Assembly: GCA_043803945.1 (NCBI GenBank)
Contig: JAZDJN010000080.1
Location: 37,253 to 101,252 of the forward strand
Source of the DNA: a bacterium
GTDB taxonomy: Bacteria > Bacteroidota > Ignavibacteria > UBA10030
Length of the DNA: 64,000 bases
Direction of reading: 5' to 3'
Shown here: piece by piece, positions 59,506 to 64,000 of the stretch
How the letters are laid out: each line of letters begins with the position of its first letter
How positions within the stretch are numbered: position 1 is the stretch's first letter
The notes under the pieces: model-generated
The model's input: the letters and a program-made list of their open reading frames with translations, nothing else
The model's database searches: none
What the model was told of the DNA's origin: nothing
Made by a program: the position numbers and the translations under genes

Positions 59506-59586
59506 GGATTGCTGAACAGGAGAGAGTGAAACCAGCAACAGTGAACCCGTGGGGCGTGAGAACAGCATGCGTAAAACGGGTTTTTT
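59506..59586 (+). ncRNA. Putative ~80 nt two-hairpin RNA ending in an intrinsic terminator
   Basis: TTGCTG/CAGCAA stem; AACCCGT...GCGTG/CATGC...ACGGGTT followed by a T run. Confidence 0.5.
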
Positions 59587-59662
59587 CATTTTCTACTAAG
59601 GTTAACCATCTTTCCTAAATCTGCATATTGAATTTCTACAGTTCTTTTGCGATGAGGATATT

Positions 59663-59891
59663 ATGAAAAAGCAGACAAAAAAAAAAGATACAATTTAGAA
59701 AACCCACAAAGATAAAAGCAGAGAATAAGAGACATGCCAAAACTCTCCGCGTTAAAATCGATGAAGACCCGGTCGAAGCATATCGCGGGACTGTGTCTCT
59801 TCCGTTTGAATCCGGTAGTTACAAACGTATTGCAGTAAAGATTGTGGATGATAGAGGAATTGAGAGTTTGAAAGTGATGAAGGTGGAGTAA
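59663..59891 (+). pseudogene. C-terminal relic of a type III-like DNA methyltransferase
   Basis: AKTLRVKIDEDPVEAYRGTVSLPFESGSYKRIAVKIVDDRGIESLKVMKVE* matches the Mod C-terminal motif as I recall it; the ATG at 59663 is out of frame across an A10 run. Confidence 0.7.
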
Positions 59892-59954
59892 GTATGACCG
59901 CTTAGTCACGTCTTTGCAAGCGAATGAAATGAGCGAAGCAATCTCAAGTTAGCA

Positions 59955-60266
59955 ATGGACAAACAATATTACGTATACATCATGACGAATAAGGGAAACA
60001 GAGTTTTATACACAGGGATGACGAATGATCTCCAGCGGCGTGTTTATGAACATAAGGCCAAAATGGTAAAAGGTTTTACCTCCCGCTATAATGTAACAAA
60101 GCTTTTGTACTATGAAATCTATGCCACCGCTTATGATGCCATTTCACGAGAAAAACAAATAAAGGCAGGATCACGACAGAAAAAGATTGATCTGATTAAC
60201 GCGGTAAATGCGGAATGGAAAGAACTCTATGTAGATGGTGAGATTATTCCTCTTGACGTGGTATGA
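59955..60266 (+). CDS. Small GIY-YIG nuclease (YhbQ/UPF0213-like)
   Basis: YYVYIM....LYTGMTNDLQRRVYEH..GFT.RY..KLLYYE...AISREKQIK. Confidence 0.92.
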   Translation: MDKQYYVYIMTNKGNRVLYTGMTNDLQRRVYEHKAKMVKGFTSRYNVTKLLYYEIYATAYDAISREKQIKAGSRQKKIDLINAVNAEWKELYVDGEIIPLDVV

Positions 60267-60274
60267 GAGAGAAA

Positions 60275-60423
60275 GTCATTGCGAGGGACGAAGTCCCGAC
60301 GCAATCTGATAATATGAGCAATACGAGATGGTATATGTGGCAAATGAACACAATACCGGCACAAGAAAAGAGAGATTGCTTCGTCTCCCGACTGACTTTG
60401 TCACTCGGTATCCTCGCAATGAC
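60275..60423. repeat. GTCATTGCGAG-class REP-like pair, with a further degenerate unit at 59910-59945
   Basis: GTCATTGCGAG...GCAATCT at 60275-60307 and inverted AGATTGC...CTCGCAATGAC at 60373-60423. Confidence 0.8.
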
Positions 60424-60503
60424 ACGAGCGCGAGGAATTGAAAGTTTGAAAGTAATGAAGGTTTAAGATAATTGGCACACAATTGATTATCTAGAAAATT
60501 CAT

Positions 60504-63239
60504 ATGACAAATCTAGTAGAGAAAATTGCCGCTAACATAGAATCCATTCCTAATACAATAGTTTTTATTGGTGCAGGCATTAGTATTAATGGAGGAATGA
60601 AATCTTGGGGAGATTCAATGTCAGAGGTTTTGGAAGAATGCAAGAGACTCAAACGAAACGCTGCGGAACTAAGCTTCTTTGAACTTCTTGTCGAAGAGAA
60701 GAATTATACCAAGTTTATGGATGAAGTGTATGATAGGGTTGGCGATGTTAAGTACTTGAATATAGTTCAAAAGGTATTTCGTAGAGAGTGTCGCCCCACA
60801 ATTGAGCACGAGTATTGGTCTAAGATTCCATTTGCTGGTACGATTACTACAAACTTTGATCACCTCCTAGAAATCACGTATACGACTTTAAATAGTAAAC
60901 TACCATTTACTCAGACCTGCACTATGGATGGAGTCAAGAGGCTTCAGTCGTGGGACAAATATTTCTTATTCAAGATGCATGGTGATGTTGACAACATAGA
61001 TGAGATCGTGCTTAGGAAATATCAGTATGATCGCATGATCGAAAGAAACGACATAAGAGAACTTTTCCGAAAATATCTTCTCTCTTACCAAATTATCTTC
61101 TTTGGCTACAGCTATTGTGACCCTGATCTTCAGGCTATTTGGCAAATCATTAACTCTTCAGCGAAGTTGAAGGCACCCGGAATTCTAGTGACTCAATTCG
61201 AGATGATTGATACTGAGATGAGAACCAAGCTCCACGACCTAAATATCCACGTTTTTCAACCTGACAAGTATGATCAAGACTTTTCTTTTATTCCACAGAC
61301 TCTGGAATATTTGATGAAATCTTCGGTTGGTCTCTTTTCTGCTGCGCCGGAAATCAAACTTGATGAGAAAGCACTGCTGGAAACAAGCATGATGCTCATT
61401 GAGGTTTTTGATGAGAGTAAAGCCGATCATTTCCGAAAGCTTGTCAAATCGATGATTCTTAGCTTGACCATAAAAGCAGGTAATGAAGGCACCTCCATCG
61501 ATTCAGTATCCGATAAAGTAAGTTCAATCTTGGGATTAGAGAACAGTAACATTAAGAATGCAATTGTCGAGATAACAGAACACTTGACAAGGATTGGGAT
61601 ACTGACATCGAAGGATATGACCTTGCGGATCGTTACAGAACATCGAGATAAGTATCAAGCCGCGAGACTAAAATTTACGAAACAAGTGGAATCCATAATC
61701 AAGTCGGTTATGGAAAGAGCGTGTACGAAGGAAAGAACACTTCCAACTGTTGAGGATGAAGTGATATTTAAGGATCTCCTTTATAGATTGGTTCAAAGCA
61801 ATGGGAAGAGATTGGCAGAGTATTTATTATTTTACAAACGAATCGACACCGAAGAACAAGAGTATTACTCTCTTATTAACACCTTTATACAAGAAAAACA
61901 TGCCGAATCGAAAAGAGATTTAATCAGGTGCGCAATCACTGAATTGGTTAATAATGCTACCCCAGAAGAAGAGCGTGTTCTTTTCCGCCCGATTCAAATG
62001 TATTTTCTTACAAATTCATATGCGTTGAATCCAACAAGCGAAAAGCTACTTAAAGTATATGTTCAACAATTTACAACTTACTTCGACTCCAACGTGGTTC
62101 TCCAAGCAATGGCTCAAGGACATCCAAACCACGAGATATCTGTTCGGTTAATTGAGAAGACGGGATCGCTTGGCATTAAGTTGAATCTGTTGAAAGTTAT
62201 ATTCAACGAAGTAGTGGGTCATGCCGTACTGGCTCTGCAAACATTCAATGAAATTGTTCAGGCAGGGGCATCATCGATAGATGCGATCGGAGCATACATC
62301 GAATTAGTCGGTTACAGAAAATGTAACGTTTTTCTTCTTGGATATCATAGTCTACTCCGTTCTGGTAAGCAACTGGAATGGCTGGAATACATGATCGAAT
62401 TCATCTCTCAGAAAAAGAATGTGCCATTTGTCTTTAATGACAAAATTCAGGAGTATCTTTTCAATAGTCTTGGCATAGAAGTTATTGAACCTACTTTTGA
62501 TGAGAACGAAGAAAAAGAAGTAAAACGATTAACCGATGAAATAGTGAGCTTACGAAAGCTTGGAAACAGGTTTGTGAAGGAGATTCTCTGTGCAGATGAG
62601 GCGAAACAGTTTCTGTGGATATATAAGGAACGATCAAAGGACAAAGCTCTACGTGAGAAGGTCTGGTTCATTTCCAATGACCATTTTATTGCTGAATTGT
62701 TTGAGAGAAACAAGGAAGGTTACACGATTCCTTGTAGTTATACTCCATTAGGTTGGTACCAATACATGCAACTGGTAGATTTCGATAGCCGTGCAAACAG
62801 AAGTTTTAGCAAGCTTTTTGCATTTTCCGAAATCGGCGCACTAGATGACGAGCTAGCAATTGAAACCATCAAGATGTTACTTGCTAATGAGTCGGAACTT
62901 ATCCATAAGGGGGCAGCCAGCGCGAGTGAATTTGCACACGATTTGATTAACAAATACCATATCAAAGCCGTCTTTGAGGATTATGCTAAGGCAAAAAAGC
63001 AGGGTACAGAAAGCAAAGCTGAGTTCAAGGAAAAAATTCGCGATCAGATAAAGACTGCATTTAACGACTATGTTGCCATTAAAAAGATTGATCTCAATAG
63101 ATTGGAGGAAACTCAAAAGAAGCTTGTGGACACCCAGAAAAAGCTTGTCCAGGAAAAGTTTAAGAGAAAACAATTTGTGGCACAAACAAATGCTATGAAG
63201 AAGCAGAGAGGTAATAAGAAAAAAAGTAGACGAGGATAG
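60504..63239 (+). CDS. SIR2-like (SIR2_2) NADase domain protein with C-terminal PIN-like region; putative anti-phage protein
   Basis: VFIGAGIS, ITTNFDHLLE, FKMHGD, FFGYSYCDPD; later TTYFDSNVVL and WFISND; basic coiled-coil tail. Confidence 0.8.
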   Translation: MTNLVEKIAANIESIPNTIVFIGAGISINGGMKSWGDSMSEVLEECKRLKRNAAELSFFELLVEEKNYTKFMDEVYDRVGDVKYLNIVQKVFRRECRPTIEHEYWSKIPFAGTITTNFDHLLEITYTTLNSKLPFTQTCTMDGVKRLQSWDKYFLFKMHGDVDNIDEIVLRKYQYDRMIERNDIRELFRKYLLSYQIIFFGYSYCDPDLQAIWQIINSSAKLKAPGILVTQFEMIDTEMRTKLHDLNIHVFQPDKYDQDFSFIPQTLEYLMKSSVGLFSAAPEIKLDEKALLETSMMLIEVFDESKADHFRKLVKSMILSLTIKAGNEGTSIDSVSDKVSSILGLENSNIKNAIVEITEHLTRIGILTSKDMTLRIVTEHRDKYQAARLKFTKQVESIIKSVMERACTKERTLPTVEDEVIFKDLLYRLVQSNGKRLAEYLLFYKRIDTEEQEYYSLINTFIQEKHAESKRDLIRCAITELVNNATPEEERVLFRPIQMYFLTNSYALNPTSEKLLKVYVQQFTTYFDSNVVLQAMAQGHPNHEISVRLIEKTGSLGIKLNLLKVIFNEVVGHAVLALQTFNEIVQAGASSIDAIGAYIELVGYRKCNVFLLGYHSLLRSGKQLEWLEYMIEFISQKKNVPFVFNDKIQEYLFNSLGIEVIEPTFDENEEKEVKRLTDEIVSLRKLGNRFVKEILCADEAKQFLWIYKERSKDKALREKVWFISNDHFIAELFERNKEGYTIPCSYTPLGWYQYMQLVDFDSRANRSFSKLFAFSEIGALDDELAIETIKMLLANESELIHKGAASASEFAHDLINKYHIKAVFEDYAKAKKQGTESKAEFKEKIRDQIKTAFNDYVAIKKIDLNRLEETQKKLVDTQKKLVQEKFKRKQFVAQTNAMKKQRGNKKKSRRG

Positions 63240-63381
63240 AGAACCATTACTTCACTAACAACTAAGATGATTCCTATATGTCGATTTTAAAACATAAACT
63301 CATCATAAATTCTCATACGAAGACCCCCTTCATCACTGGAGCTATGCCAAAACAGAACGAATGATAACAAGTAATGTCTAA

Positions 63382-63912
63382 ATGGTACAACCTAGAAATA
63401 TCCTTTATATTTTTCTTGATGAAGCAGGTAACTTTGATTTTTCAAGAACGGGCACACACTTCTTTGTTCTGTCTGGCCTTTCCATGATTCGTCCTTTTCC
63501 GTTTCTCCCACAGCTCAGCGATTTGAAGTATCACCTTTGGGAGGTGCAGGTACAGATCGAGTAATTCCATGCCAGTGAAGATAACCAACGTACACGGGAT
63601 GCCGTCTTTACTATACTCGGAAGCCATATTGAGCAATTCAGATTAGATTCGGTTATTGTAGAAAAGCCTAAAACCAATCCGGTGCTTCAACATGATACTG
63701 GAAGATTTTATAAAAAAGGTATCGATATTCTCCTGCGTTACATTCTTGAAGCGCACAAAAAGCGATTCGATGAAGCAATCATTGTAACAGACAAAATACC
63801 TGTAGAGAAAAAAAGAAAAGAGGTCGAGAAAGCCATTAAATTTACACTTGCCAATTGGTCTAACCCAAGTTCGACAGTCGTATGGTCTAAAAAAATATTT
63901 TTTGGTCATTGA
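63382..63912 (+). pseudogene. DUF3800-family gene with an internal stop and an apparently truncated C-terminus
   Basis: LYIFLDEAGNFDFS..GT.FFVL; QIE*FHASED (TAA at 63562-63564) continues in frame; the usual LQxAD motif is absent. Confidence 0.75.
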
Positions 63913-64000
63913 GCTCTGCTTTCACTTATTATGACAGAAAAGCTCATGTAGTGAAAACCTACCCCCTTGCGGAGCCCCATGATGATGTTGTATATTGCAC

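Larger units (their letters stand above)
59854..60462 (+). repeat. 31 bp direct repeats (59854-59884 and 60432-60462) bracketing the GIY-YIG/REP unit
   Basis: GAGGAATTGA(G/A)AGTTTGAAAGT(G/A)ATGAAGGT, 29 of 31 identical. Confidence 0.9.

Noticed and set aside
59506-59586. Glycine riboswitch (GGAGAG...GAAAC)
   Set aside because: Lacks the CCGAAG and CUCAGG elements and has no glycine-related downstream gene
60263-60466. 67 aa ORF after the GIY-YIG gene
   Set aside because: Made of REP palindromes plus the 31 bp methylase-tail repeat; unlikely to be a real gene
31201-63912. Stop-codon reassignment explaining the in-frame stops
   Set aside because: The internal stops are of different types (TGA and TAA), and conserved genes such as mfd and typA end normally on those codons
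1-64000. tRNA, rRNA, integrase, transposase or prophage genes
   Set aside because: None recognised by eye; a tRNAscan-SE/HMM scan would be needed to exclude them formally

Overview
This 64 kb window is from a bacterium of the Bacteroidota/Ignavibacteria-Chlorobi lineage, inferred from T9SS type-A CTD proteins ending QNYPNPFNP...KKM.L.K, gldAFG-like genes and a SurA/PPIase-MoxR cluster. From left to right: typA; a decaying mosaic of membrane and secreted-protein fragments (2.1-5.3 kb); and an array of T9SS-secreted beta-propeller proteins and lipoproteins next to a beta-propeller/Y_Y_Y sensor kinase and NarL-family regulator, with three TACCCC-N4-GGGGTA-like boxes (5.6-19.4 kb). Next come mfd, a two-gene HATPase-like/STAS-like cassette and a second, allelic copy of the last ~220 bp of mfd. 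A type III-like restriction-modification pair follows, bracketed by palindromic repeats and preceded by a highly structured ~160 nt RNA-like leader. The middle holds a MhqR-like MarR operon and a long minus-strand housekeeping block (ABC transporter, TrxB-like reductase, M20/NSAR/GNAT/D-Ala-D-Ala dipeptidase, vWA, S8 protease, MoxR, SurA/PPIases, gldAFG-like). The right end is a defence-like island: promoter plus small terminated RNA, a methyltransferase C-terminal relic whose last 31 bp are duplicated around a REP-flanked GIY-YIG gene, a 911 aa SIR2 + PIN-like protein and a broken DUF3800 gene. The best candidates for novelty are the integrase-free cassettes bracketed by duplicated gene 3' ends, the self-contained two-component regulon over the T9SS cargo array, the structured RM leader RNA and the SIR2-PIN protein. 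All calls come from reading motifs by eye; no database searches were run.
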